Of a stretch of DNA of 64,000 nt, positions 11,039-20,482 are shown in pieces (position 1 is the first letter of the stretch; the number at the start of each line of letters is the position of its first letter). Below the pieces are notes generated by a model that did not search any database, was not told the DNA's origin, and saw only the letters and a list, made by a program, of their open reading frames with translations. This DNA comes from Planctomycetota bacterium (lineage in GTDB: Bacteria > Planctomycetota > B15-G4 > SIAN01): positions 64,001 to 128,000 of the forward strand of contig JANNXA010000010.1 in NCBI GenBank assembly GCA_031409275.1, in the 5' to 3' direction. Position numbers and translations under genes: made by a program.

Positions 11039-11887
11039 TCAGGCGTAACGGCGAAGCACGTCGGTCAGCTCCTTCGCGACGCTCTCCGCGATGACGTTGA
11101 GTTCAGAAGCTTCAAGGCCGATGCGCTCGAGCGCAATCGGGTCGGGCTCGCTCTCCGCCTCGTGGCCGAGCACTCCGATGGCCAGAGCCTCCGCGCGGTG
11201 GCCGATGATGTCAGCGACATGGACGGCGCTGGCCAGCACTTCGTGCGTTTCGGACGGCGTGTGGTGGTACTGGATCGCGATGCGCAGCCGTTCGGGCAGC
11301 TTCCAGTGCGCGATGACGGCGGCGCCGACCTCGGCGTGCTCGATGCCCAGCAGTTCGAGCTCCGCGAACCGCAACGGCGTGCCCGCCTTCTGAGCTTCCG
11401 TGAGGCCGGCAATGCGCTCGGCATCAAGGAAGCGCGCCAGCACCAGCTTGCCGATGTCGTGCATCAGCGCCGCGGTGAATGCCTCGGGCGGGATCACGTT
11501 GCTCTTCTTCGCGACGAGCGACTGCGCCGCCAGCGCGCACGCCACGGAGTGCGACCAGAGCTGTCCGTCGGTGAGGCCGTACTGCGGCAGCGCCCGCGTC
11601 AATCGCTTGCGCACGCCCACGCTCATCGCCACCTGCACCACCGACTGCGCGCCGAGCCGCATCACTGCTTCGCGCACCGTCGCGATCTCGCTCCCACGCG
11701 ACATCAGCGCCGAGTTGGCGAGCGCCAGGATCCGCGGCGTCAGCGCCTGGTCGAGCGCAATGGCGCTTTCGACATCGCGCAGTTCCCAGTCGCCACGCGC
11801 GAGCAGCGACGCCAACCGCCCGGCGGTCGCCGGCAGCGGCTCGAGCGATTCGATCGCCTTGGCGATTCCATGGTGATGAAGCAGCAT
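11039..11887 (-). CDS. HDOD domain-containing protein
   Basis: DQALTPRILALANS, AVMRLG, LWSHS, AALMHDIGKL, HAEVGA, WKLP, YHH. Confidence 0.92.
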   Translation of the reverse strand: MLLHHHGIAKAIESLEPLPATAGRLASLLARGDWELRDVESAIALDQALTPRILALANSALMSRGSEIATVREAVMRLGAQSVVQVAMSVGVRKRLTRALPQYGLTDGQLWSHSVACALAAQSLVAKKSNVIPPEAFTAALMHDIGKLVLARFLDAERIAGLTEAQKAGTPLRFAELELLGIEHAEVGAAVIAHWKLPERLRIAIQYHHTPSETHEVLASAVHVADIIGHRAEALAIGVLGHEAESEPDPIALERIGLEASELNVIAESVAKELTDVLRRYA

Positions 11888-12123
11888 CGACCCCTCCGCA
11901 CTCTTCCTGCAACGGGAGATCGGACATGCGGGTCGTGCGCTTGAGACGGCTTGGCGAAACCTACGGGAAAAACCGCTGCCCCGGCGGGGCGTGGCGTTCG
12001 ATTCGCGATCAGCTACGGAGGGTTCGAACCTGGAATTAGAAGCCGGCCCGTGAACCGCTCTCTGGTGTCCAGGACGGCGTTGTGCCGTCCAGCGCGCTCC
12101 GATGACCAGAGAGGACTCACGCC

Positions 12124-12447
12124 ATGAAAACGCTTCTGCAAACCGCCGCGGTCTTCGTCTTGATGACGGCCACCGCGTTCGCGTCGAAGTGGACGCCGAA
12201 CGGGGGCACCGCCACCGATCCAGCGCCCAGAGGCGACTACAAGGGGAAGGTGTCTCGTGTGGTCTCGGGCGACACGGTCACGTGGAAGATCACGACCGCA
12301 GCCGGCGTGCTCGAGATCGACAACGGCGAGAAGGGGCTCTCCGACGAGGAGGAGAAGGCGCTCACGATCGCTGAGCAACAGAACGACGACAACAACACCG
12401 TGAAGATCGACAAGAACGGCAGCGTCGAGAGCGTCGCCACCGGCTGA
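12124..12447 (+). CDS. Small secreted hypothetical protein (107 aa)
   Basis: GAGGA RBS, signal peptide ending AFA, coding-like codon usage. Confidence 0.75.
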   Translation: MKTLLQTAAVFVLMTATAFASKWTPNGGTATDPAPRGDYKGKVSRVVSGDTVTWKITTAAGVLEIDNGEKGLSDEEEKALTIAEQQNDDNNTVKIDKNGSVESVATG

Positions 12448-12523
12448 ACGCCGCCCGCAACCACGAAGGTCCGGGATGCGGCGCCACGATGCTCGGCGCC
12501 GCGTCCCGCCGGGAGTCGATCCG

Positions 12524-13213
12524 ATGGAGTCGAACGCCTCGCCAACTCGTTCCCCGCGACGCGCGGCCGCGCTTTGGGTCCTCGTCGGCCTCGCGATCGG
12601 CGCCACCGCCACGCGCTGGATCGCAACCTCGCGGAATGGCAGCGCCCTCGCTGCCCCATCCCTCGATCGCGCCGAGCTGGCTGCGACGATCGCCACAGCG
12701 CTTGCGCCGATCGAAGCGCAGCTGCGTGTACTCACCGAGCTGCCGCTGGCGCTCCCAGCCAGTCGATCCGCGGACGAACGCGCGTCGGATACCGGCCGAG
12801 GCGACGTCGACGCGATCGACAGCGATCCGCACGACGGGCTCGCCGTCGACCCCGCGGCCGCGCGCATCGAGAGGCTGCTCGCCCGCTGCGAGGAGCGCCT
12901 CGCGCAATTCGCCGCCGCGCCGTGGAACCTCCAGCCCGATGGCGCGCTCGAAGAGCAGCTCGCCCACGTGCGCCGCGACAAGGACCTCGGAGCCATCGAG
13001 CGCGCCTACGATGAGCTCGACCGCGCAGGCTGCAAGGCGATCACCGCGAGCTACGCCCTGCTCGGCCCCAGGACCATCGCCGATCGCTTCGGCGCTCCCG
13101 ACTCCGTCGGCGGCAGCGGCGGCAAGACCTGGTGGTACTGGCGCCTCGACGACGAACGCTCCCTCGGCGTCGCCTTCGCCAACGGCCTAGTCTGCGACGT
13201 CGACATGCCCTGA
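12524..13213 (+). CDS. Membrane-anchored hypothetical protein with SmpA/BamE-like C-terminal domain
   Basis: GGGAG RBS, N-terminal TM segment; C-terminal IADRFGAPDSV...WYW...VAFANGLV pattern. Confidence 0.6.
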   Translation: MESNASPTRSPRRAAALWVLVGLAIGATATRWIATSRNGSALAAPSLDRAELAATIATALAPIEAQLRVLTELPLALPASRSADERASDTGRGDVDAIDSDPHDGLAVDPAAARIERLLARCEERLAQFAAAPWNLQPDGALEEQLAHVRRDKDLGAIERAYDELDRAGCKAITASYALLGPRTIADRFGAPDSVGGSGGKTWWYWRLDDERSLGVAFANGLVCDVDMP

Positions 13214-13226
13214 CCCGCGCCTCCCC

Positions 13227-13407
13227 GCCGACGAGCCGCGCGTACGCCCCTCGCGGCTCAAGCGGTGGAACGCGGGTCGAGCACTCGAGAAATCCGCAAG
13301 GCCGTCCTGCGACGACGCGCTGTACCCAGCGCGAGTCGCCCCCACCCGTCGCGAACTGTCAGGCGGCGCCGCGCCGGGGGTTCGGCTGCTAGGAGGCGAG
13401 CCCGAAG
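13227..13407. repeat. ~181 bp direct repeat, copy 1
   Basis: Near-identical to 13498-13679 (offset 271-272 bp). Confidence 0.9.
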
Positions 13408-13497
13408 AATGCGTTGCTGCTGCCGAGCCGGAGGCTCGCAGCAGAACGCCGCGCCGGTGAGCCTGCGCGGTGCGCAGCTCACCTCTCGGGCCTTGGA

Positions 13498-13679
13498 GCC
13501 GACGAGCGGCGAGTACGCCCCTCGCGGCTCAAGCGGTGGAACGCGGGTCGAGCACTCAAGAAATCTGCAAGGCCGTCCTGCGACGATGCGCTGTACCCAG
13601 CGCGAGTCGCGCCCCAACCAACGCGAATCGAAAGGCGGCGCCGCGCCGGGGGTTCGGCTGCTAGGAGGCGAGCCCGAAG
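13498..13679. repeat. ~182 bp direct repeat, copy 2
   Basis: Shares GTACGCCCCTCGCGGCTCAAGCGGTGGAACGCGGGTCGAGCACTC...GCTAGGAGGCGAGCCCGAAG with copy 1. Confidence 0.9.
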
Positions 13680-13745
13680 CTGTGTCCGCAGGACACTGCG
13701 AGCGGCTCGCCGACAACGCAGACGAGCCCCCGCCGCAAGCCGCCT
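13633..13745. repeat. ~112 bp palindromic REP-like element, full copy A
   Basis: Nested stems AGGCGGC/GCCGCCT, GGCGAGCC/GGCTCGCC, GTGTCC-GCA-GGACAC. Confidence 0.8.
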
Positions 13746-13748
13746 CAC

Positions 13749-13859
13749 GGCGCCGCGCCGCGGGGTCAGCTGCTAGGAGGAGCGTCCCGAAGCTGTGTCC
13801 GAAAGGACACTGCGATGGGCGCTCCGACAACGCAGATGGCCCCGCGCCGCTAGCCGCCT
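13749..13859. repeat. ~111 bp palindromic REP-like element, full copy B (overlaps fumC stop)
   Basis: Same scaffold GCTGCTAGGAGG...CCCGAAGCTGTGTCC-GAAA-GGACACTGCGA...CCGACAACGCAGA. Confidence 0.8.
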
Positions 13860-15250
13860 CCCGCGCCTTCAACGATTCCGCCATCACACATCGGCCGCGG
13901 GTCGAGCAGTCGCTCGAGTTCGGCGCGCGTGAGCTTGGTCTCCTCGAGCGCGACGTCGATGAGGCGGCGCCCTTCCTTGTACGCCCGCTTGGCGATCTTC
14001 GCGGCGAGGTCGTAGCCGATCACCGGGTTCAGCGCGGTGACGAGGATCGGGTTCTTGTCGACGAGCTCGGTGATTCGCGCGGCGTTCACCGTGAAGCCGG
14101 CGATCGCCTTGTCGGCCAGCACGCGGCACGCGCTGGCCAGCAGTCGGATGCTCTCCAGGATGTTGCGCGCGAGCATCGGCAGCATCACGTTCAGCTCGAA
14201 GACGCCCGACTGTCCGCCGAGCGTGATGGCGGCGTCATTGCCGATGACCTGCGCGCAGACCATCAGCGCGGCCTCGGGGATCACCGGGTTCACCTTGCCC
14301 GGCATGATGCTCGAGCCCGGCTGCAGCGACGGCAGCGCGATCTCGCCGAGGCCGGCGATCGGGCCGCTGTTCATCCAGCGCAGGTCGTTGCTGATCTTGA
14401 TGACGGCGGCGGCGGTCGCCTTCAACTGCCCCGACAGCTCGACGATCGAGTCCTGCGCGGCGAGGCTCGTGAAGAGGTTGCGGCTCTTCGTGAACGGCAT
14501 CGCGGTGATCGACGCGACGCGCGCGGCGAAACGGGCGGCGAACTCGGGATGGGCGTTCACGCCGGTGCCGACGGCCGTGCCGCCTTGCGCGAGCTCATGC
14601 ACGCGCGGCAGCGTCGCCTGGATCCGTTCGATCGCGAGCTGCACCTGGTGTGCCCACCCGCCCATCTGCTGCTCGAGTCGCAGCGGCATCGCATCCATCA
14701 AGTGGGTGCGGCCGGTCTTGACGATCGCGCCGTCCTTCGCCGCCTTCGTCTCGATCGTCGCCTTGAGATGGAGCAGCGCCGGGATCAGCTGCTCGTGCGT
14801 CTCGAGCGCCGCGGAGAGGTGGAGCGCGCTGGGAATCGAGTCGTTGCTCGATTGCCCCATGTTCACGTCATTGTTGGGGTGCACCGGCCGGCCGAGCCGC
14901 TTGCTCGCCAGCGCGGCGATCACCTCGTTGGCATTCATGTTGGTCGAGGTGCCCGAGCCGGTCTGGAAGATGTCGATCGGGAATTGCGCGTCGTGCTGGC
15001 CCGCCTCGACCTCCTTCGCGGCGGCGACGATCGCCTCGGCGACGTCGGCCGGCAGGAGCTTCAGGTCGCGGTTCACCTCGGCCGCCACCCGCTTCACCAT
15101 CCCGAGCGCGCGCAGGAAGGCGCGCGGCAGGCGCTGCCCGCTGATCGGGAAGTTGTCGACTGCGCGCTGCGTCTGTGCGCCGTAGAGCGCGTCGGCGGGC
15201 ACGCGCACCTCGCCCATGCTGTCCTTCTCGATGCGATGCGTGTCGGCCAT
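13850..15250 (-). CDS. fumC: Class II fumarate hydratase
   Basis: QTGSGTSTNMNANE, KTGRTHLMDA, GSSIMPGKVNP signature. Confidence 0.97.
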   Translation of the reverse strand: MADTHRIEKDSMGEVRVPADALYGAQTQRAVDNFPISGQRLPRAFLRALGMVKRVAAEVNRDLKLLPADVAEAIVAAAKEVEAGQHDAQFPIDIFQTGSGTSTNMNANEVIAALASKRLGRPVHPNNDVNMGQSSNDSIPSALHLSAALETHEQLIPALLHLKATIETKAAKDGAIVKTGRTHLMDAMPLRLEQQMGGWAHQVQLAIERIQATLPRVHELAQGGTAVGTGVNAHPEFAARFAARVASITAMPFTKSRNLFTSLAAQDSIVELSGQLKATAAAVIKISNDLRWMNSGPIAGLGEIALPSLQPGSSIMPGKVNPVIPEAALMVCAQVIGNDAAITLGGQSGVFELNVMLPMLARNILESIRLLASACRVLADKAIAGFTVNAARITELVDKNPILVTALNPVIGYDLAAKIAKRAYKEGRRLIDVALEETKLTRAELERLLDPRPMCDGGIVEGAGGG

Positions 15251-15283
15251 GGAAGCGCTCCTCGCGAAAATGGGTGCGCGATG

Positions 15284-16165
15284 CTAGCGCCAAGCCGCCA
15301 GCGCTGCCGCCACCCGCGGACCGAGCGGAATCGCGTTGGTCGGATGGGCGACCGTGTCGCAGCTCACGATGCGGCCGGCTCCGGCGGCCCGCAGCGCGTC
15401 GAAGCCATCGCCGACGAACAGCGCGTGGACGGCGATGCAGACCGGCGCCGGCCACCCCGCGGCGACGAGCTGGCGCGCGACGGCGACCTGCGTGCGCGCG
15501 GTCGACGCGATGTCGTCGACGACGACCGGCGTGCAGCCGCGATGCGCGTCGAGCGACGGCAACTCAACGCGCACCGCGGCATCGCCGCTCCGCTCCTTGC
15601 GCGCGACGGCCCATGGCGCTCCGCACGCCTGCGCAACCCCGCGCACCCACGGCTCGCTCTCCTCGTCGGGACCGAGGAGCAACGGCCGCTCGACGTGAGC
15701 AGCGATCCACTCGGCGATCGCCGGTGCGGCGGCGACGACGCGCGTCGGCATGCGATAGATCGCGCCGAGCGTCGGATGGCGGTGGAGATGAGGATCGATG
15801 GTCAGCAGCCAGTCGAAGTGGGCGTCGAGCAGCCGCGCGAAGTAGCGCGAGGTGATCCCCTCGCCCGGCGCCATCCGTGCATCCTGCCGCATGTAGGCGA
15901 GGTAGGGGGCGATGAGGCCGACCTCCGCGGCACCGAGGTCGCGCAACGTCGCGGCGAGCAGGAGCAGCGGGGCGAGCTTCGTGTCCGGCTGCGCCAGCGA
16001 CGCGACGATCCAGCTCGCGCGCCCCGCCACTTCATCGCCGACCTGCACATGCGTCTCGCCGTCGGGAAAGCGGCGCAGCGTCGCGCGTCCGGGCTCGGCC
16101 ACACCCGCCGAGACGATCGCGCCGGCGATCGCGTCGCCAAACGGCGCGTAGAGCAGCGGACTCAT
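15284..16165 (-). CDS. prs: Ribose-phosphate pyrophosphokinase-like protein
   Basis: RRFPDGE, PYLAYMRQD, IDPHLH, GPDEES, VVVDDIASTART; ATG 16163-16165 overlaps the upstream stop. Confidence 0.85.
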   Translation of the reverse strand: MSPLLYAPFGDAIAGAIVSAGVAEPGRATLRRFPDGETHVQVGDEVAGRASWIVASLAQPDTKLAPLLLLAATLRDLGAAEVGLIAPYLAYMRQDARMAPGEGITSRYFARLLDAHFDWLLTIDPHLHRHPTLGAIYRMPTRVVAAAPAIAEWIAAHVERPLLLGPDEESEPWVRGVAQACGAPWAVARKERSGDAAVRVELPSLDAHRGCTPVVVDDIASTARTQVAVARQLVAAGWPAPVCIAVHALFVGDGFDALRAAGAGRIVSCDTVAHPTNAIPLGPRVAAALAAWR

Positions 16166-17688
16166 CGTGGCTCCTCGATCGAAACGAGGTCGGCCTGGCT
16201 GCGCGCGTAGTCGAGCGCGTAACGCAGCTCGCCGGGTGCCTCCGCGTGGACGGCGAAGAGCGGTTGGCCCGGCTCGACGCGGGTGTCGAGCGGCGCGAAG
16301 AACTCGACACCGGCCGCCTTCGCGAGCGGCGCCCCCGCGAGCTTCGCCACCCGCGCGAGGCGGCGATTGTCGATCGCGACGACGACGCCGGCGCGCTCGG
16401 CGACGACTTCGGCGTGATGCGGTGCGACCGGAGGCTCGCGCATCCCTCCCTGCGACTCGCAGATCGCCTGGAACTTCCGCCATGCAGCGCCGCTCTCGAG
16501 CAGCTCGCGCGCGCGGAGCGCGGCAGCATCCGGCGCCAGCCCCTGTGCCACGACGAGCAGTCCGGCCGCCAGCGTGAGCGAGCGCTCCTCGAGGTCCTTC
16601 GGTGCATCGGGCGCGCGCCGCAACACGGCGCATGCGGCACGCGCCTCGAGCGCCGGCCCGATGCCGCGCCCCACCGGCTGGCGGCCATCGGTGAGGAGCA
16701 CGCGCACCTCGAGCCCCACCCCTTGGCCCACCGCTTCGAGCAGCTCCTTCAGGCGTGCGGCGCCTTCGAAGCTGCGCACCTTCGCGGTCGGACCCACAGG
16801 CAGATCGATCACGACGTGCGTGGAGCCGGCGGCCGCCTTCTTCGAAAGCACCGACGCGATCAGCTGCCCCTCGCTGTCGAGATCGAGCGCTCGCTCCACG
16901 CCGATCAGCACATCGTCGGCAGGACTGAGCCGCATCGCGCCGCCCCACACGATGCAGCCGCCCTCGCGTTCGACCACGCGGCGGACGCCTGCGCTGTCGA
17001 GGTCGACCGGCGCGAGCGTCTCCATCGTGTCGGCCGTGCCCGAAGGCGAGGTGATCGCACGCGACGAGGTCTTCGGGATCACGCAGCCCGCCGCCGCGAC
17101 GATCGGCACGAGGATCAGCGTCGTGCGATTGCCCGGAAGGCCGCCAACGCAGTGCTTGTCGACGATCGGCTCGCGGCCCCAGTCGATCCGCTCGCCGACG
17201 GCGATCATCGCGCGCGTCAGTCCGAGCACCTCGTGCAGGTCGAGGCGTTGATCGGCGCACGCGGTGACGAATGCGGCGAGCTGGACGTCGGCGTAACGGC
17301 CCGTGACGACGTCATGCACGATTTCTCGAAGCGCCGCTTCGCCGAGCCGGTTGCCGTAGATCTTCGCGCGGACGTGCCGCATCGACTCGACCGGCGGCGC
17401 GTGGCCGACCAACGCGCGCTCGCCTTCCTTCGCGCCGAGCTGGCGCCACGCCGCCTCCGAAAGCCCCGCCTCCCCGTCGGCCAGCAGGGCCGCGTCGACG
17501 ACGTTCAACGTCGCGACGATCGCGCGGCCGTCGTGCTGCACCTGCACCCGCGCCTGCGCCTCGAACCCTTCGGAACGCACGACGTGGCAGTCGCGACGCA
17601 GGTAGATCACCGGCTCGTGGTAGGTGTCGATGCCGATGCGTCGGAGGACCACGGCGTGAGCATGAGCGCGCGGCGGAAGGGCGTTCAT
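16162..17688 (-). CDS. Thymidine phosphorylase family protein (AMP phosphorylase-like, type 2)
   Basis: N-terminal GIDTYHEP extra domain; DKHCVGGLPGNRTT, PKTSSRAITSPSGTAD, SKK, QPVGRGIGPALEA; ATG 17686-17688. Confidence 0.92.
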   Translation of the reverse strand: MNALPPRAHAHAVVLRRIGIDTYHEPVIYLRRDCHVVRSEGFEAQARVQVQHDGRAIVATLNVVDAALLADGEAGLSEAAWRQLGAKEGERALVGHAPPVESMRHVRAKIYGNRLGEAALREIVHDVVTGRYADVQLAAFVTACADQRLDLHEVLGLTRAMIAVGERIDWGREPIVDKHCVGGLPGNRTTLILVPIVAAAGCVIPKTSSRAITSPSGTADTMETLAPVDLDSAGVRRVVEREGGCIVWGGAMRLSPADDVLIGVERALDLDSEGQLIASVLSKKAAAGSTHVVIDLPVGPTAKVRSFEGAARLKELLEAVGQGVGLEVRVLLTDGRQPVGRGIGPALEARAACAVLRRAPDAPKDLEERSLTLAAGLLVVAQGLAPDAAALRARELLESGAAWRKFQAICESQGGMREPPVAPHHAEVVAERAGVVVAIDNRRLARVAKLAGAPLAKAAGVEFFAPLDTRVEPGQPLFAVHAEAPGELRYALDYARSQADLVSIEEPR

Positions 17689-20327
17689 CGCGTGGATTCC
17701 CGACGGCGCGAAACGGCGCGGCGGAACAGCTTCGAGAGTTCGAGGAGTGTCACCGGCAGCGCTCCGGCAGCGAGCAGCAGCAGCCCCTCGCGCCACTCGA
17801 ACGGCGTCACGCGGAGCAGTCGCGCGAACGGTGGCCAGGCCGGCCCGACGAACTGCAGCAGCAGCGACAGCGCCACCACCCACGCGAGGCGTGGGTTGGT
17901 GAAGAGGCCAAGCTCGGGGACCGTGCGATCGCGGCTGCGTGCACCGAGCGACCGGAAGAGCTGGTCGAAGACGAGGAAGCTGAAGGCGTGCGTGCGCGCG
18001 TCGGCCAGCGGCTCGTCTTTCAGTGCCAGCAGCCAGACCGCGAACGCGACTGCGGCCGACACCGCGCCCATGGCGAGGACCCCGCGCACGAACGGTCCAT
18101 CGGCGAGCGGCACGCGCGGATCGCGCGGTGGCCGGCGCATCACATCGCGCTCGATGGGCTCGATGGCCAGACAGATGGCGGGTAGCCCATCGGTCACGAG
18201 GTTGATCCAGAGCAGGTGGATCGGCAACAGCGGCGTCGGGTAGCCGGCGAAGACGCACCCCGCCACGAAGAGGACCTCGCCGGTGTTGCTGGCGAAGAGG
18301 AAGCCGAGCGTCTTCTTCAGGTTGTCCCAGATCCCGCGCCCCTCCTCGACCGCCGCGACGATCGTCTCGAATCGATCGTCGGCCAGGACGACGTGCGCCG
18401 CCTCCTTGGCCACTTCCGTCCCGCCCAGCCCCATCGCGATGCCGACGTCGGCCGCTCGCAGGGCCGGCGCATCGTTCACGCCATCGCCGGTCATCGCGAC
18501 GATCTCGCCGCGCCGTTTCCACGCGCGCACGATGCGCAGCTTGTGTTCGGGCGCGACGCGCGCGAAGACCGCCGCATGGTCGAGCCGCGCGTCGAGCGCC
18601 GCGTCATCGAGCAGGTCGAGATCGGCGCCGTGGATCGCGAGGTCGTCGGTCGCTGCGATGCCGATCTCGCGTGCAATCGCGAGCGCGGTGCTGGCGTGGT
18701 CGCCCGTGATCATCGCCACCCGGATGCCGGCCGCGCGGCAGCTCGCGATGGCGGCCGCGACTCCCGGCCGCGGCGGATCGCGCATCGCTGCGAGGCCGGT
18801 GAAGACGAGGCGCGACTCGAGCTGCTCGGCGGGCGAATCGAGGCTCTCGCCGTCCTCGAGGTCGCGCTGTCCGGCGGCAAGGACGCGCAACCCGCGGCTT
18901 GCGAGCGCGGCGACGTCGACACGCACTTGGGCGGCCGAAGCGGCGGAGGTCACGCAGCGGCCGAGCAGTTCGTCCGGACCGCCCTTCACGAAGAGGCGGC
19001 GGCGGCCATCGGGCAAGCGGCGCACCACGCTCATGAGGCGGCGTTGCGGGTCGAAGGGCAGGTCGCGCAGCCGTGGCCAGCGGGCTTCGATCGCCGAGCG
19101 CTCCTCGCCGGCGGCGCGCGCGGCGAGCAGCAGCGCCACCTCGGTCGGGTCGCCGATCGCGTCGCCGCCATCCGCCGCAGTGCCGAGCTGGGCATCGCAG
19201 GCGGCGGCGAACGCCGTCGCAAGCGTCCCGCCCGCCTCCTTGCCGGCGCCGCCGCTCGCGACCTCCGCCGGCACGAGTTCGAGCACCTCCATGCGACCGA
19301 GCGTGAGCGTGCCCGTCTTGTCGGTGCAGATCACGGTCGTCGAACCGAGCGTCTCGACGGCCGGGAGCTTGCGCACCAGCGCGTGCCGCCGCGACATGCG
19401 CAGCACGCCCACCGACAGGGCGATGGTGATGACCGCCGGCAATCCCTCCGGCACCGCCGCAACCGCGAGGCTGACCGACAGCAGCAACTGATCGATCAGC
19501 GGCGTCCCGCGCAGCCACCCCACCACGAAGAGGAGCGCGACGATCGCGAGCGCTCCGAACACGAGGACTCTGCCCAGCGCATCGAGCCGCCGTTGCAGCG
19601 GCGTCGTCTGCTCCTGCGCGGCCGCGTCGAGGAGCGTCGCGACGCGCCCCATCTCGCTCGCCGCGCCGGTGGCGCAGACGACGGCACGTGCGGTGCCCGC
19701 CGCGACGGCGGTGCCGAGGAAGACGAGGTTGCGGCGATCGCCGAGCGGAACGGTCGCTGCGGAGGGTGCGGCGACCGGCAGCGCAGCGACCTGCTTCTCG
19801 ACGGCTTCCGACTCGCCGGTCAGCGCCGACTCGACGCAGCGCAGCGCTGCCGCGGAGAGCAATCGCGCGTCGGCCGGCACGAGGTCGCCCGCCTCGAGCA
19901 GGACCACATCGCCGGGCACCAGCTCAGCGGCTGCGAGGAGCGCCGTCACTCCGTCGCGCACGACGCGCGCACGCGGCGCGGTCATCCTCCGCAACGCGGC
20001 GATCGAGCGCTCGGCGCCGTACTCCTGCCATGCGCCCAGCAGCGCGTTCAGCAGCACGATGCCGACGATGGCTGCGGCATCGACCCACTCACCGACGAGG
20101 CCCGAGAGGAGCGCCGACGCCACCAGCAACGCGACCATCACGCTGCGGAACTGGGCGGCGAACAGCGCGAGTGGGTGTGGCGGCGGGGTCGCCGCGAGCT
20201 CGTTGCGCCCGCCCTCGAGCAGCCGGCGCGACGCTTCCGCCGACGTGAGGCCGCCTTCGCCTGAGCGAAGCAGGGTCAGCGCTTGCGCAGTGGTCTGCTC
20301 GTGCCATGTCGTGGGAGGGAGCTGCAT
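17685..20327 (-). CDS. Cation-translocating P-type ATPase (P2A, Ca2+-ATPase-like)
   Basis: [29 protein letters not shown]-like M5 SNTGE and M6 [11 protein letters not shown]. Confidence 0.95.
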   Translation of the reverse strand: MQLPPTTWHEQTTAQALTLLRSGEGGLTSAEASRRLLEGGRNELAATPPPHPLALFAAQFRSVMVALLVASALLSGLVGEWVDAAAIVGIVLLNALLGAWQEYGAERSIAALRRMTAPRARVVRDGVTALLAAAELVPGDVVLLEAGDLVPADARLLSAAALRCVESALTGESEAVEKQVAALPVAAPSAATVPLGDRRNLVFLGTAVAAGTARAVVCATGAASEMGRVATLLDAAAQEQTTPLQRRLDALGRVLVFGALAIVALLFVVGWLRGTPLIDQLLLSVSLAVAAVPEGLPAVITIALSVGVLRMSRRHALVRKLPAVETLGSTTVICTDKTGTLTLGRMEVLELVPAEVASGGAGKEAGGTLATAFAAACDAQLGTAADGGDAIGDPTEVALLLAARAAGEERSAIEARWPRLRDLPFDPQRRLMSVVRRLPDGRRRLFVKGGPDELLGRCVTSAASAAQVRVDVAALASRGLRVLAAGQRDLEDGESLDSPAEQLESRLVFTGLAAMRDPPRPGVAAAIASCRAAGIRVAMITGDHASTALAIAREIGIAATDDLAIHGADLDLLDDAALDARLDHAAVFARVAPEHKLRIVRAWKRRGEIVAMTGDGVNDAPALRAADVGIAMGLGGTEVAKEAAHVVLADDRFETIVAAVEEGRGIWDNLKKTLGFLFASNTGEVLFVAGCVFAGYPTPLLPIHLLWINLVTDGLPAICLAIEPIERDVMRRPPRDPRVPLADGPFVRGVLAMGAVSAAVAFAVWLLALKDEPLADARTHAFSFLVFDQLFRSLGARSRDRTVPELGLFTNPRLAWVVALSLLLQFVGPAWPPFARLLRVTPFEWREGLLLLAAGALPVTLLELSKLFRRAVSRRRESTR

Positions 20328-20482
20328 CTCCCGCGACGATGGAAATCCCGTGCCGTTGTCGTGCGCCCGGCGCCCAAGAGCTTCATCGACGCTGGGACCG
20401 CCGAGCGGGAAGGAAAGCGCAGTGCACGGCGCTGCACCGTCTCATTGCGACCGCAGCCCCGTCCGTCGCGCGGTCGCGGCGA

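Noticed and set aside
12017..12033. GGAGGGTTCGAACC tRNA T-arm-like string
   Set aside because: No complete T-stem, anticodon arm or acceptor stem
13227..13859. Possible CRISPR array
   Set aside because: Units are 110-180 bp with only 2-3 copies, no regular unique spacers, and no cas genes in the window
13265..16210. 981 aa plus-strand ORF spanning the repeats
   Set aside because: Runs through non-coding repeats and antisense to fumC and prs; no protein-like signal
20340..20355. Sigma54-like promoter CGGCACGGGATTTCCA before the P-type ATPase
   Set aside because: The -12 GC is CC and the site is very close to the start codon; unsupported
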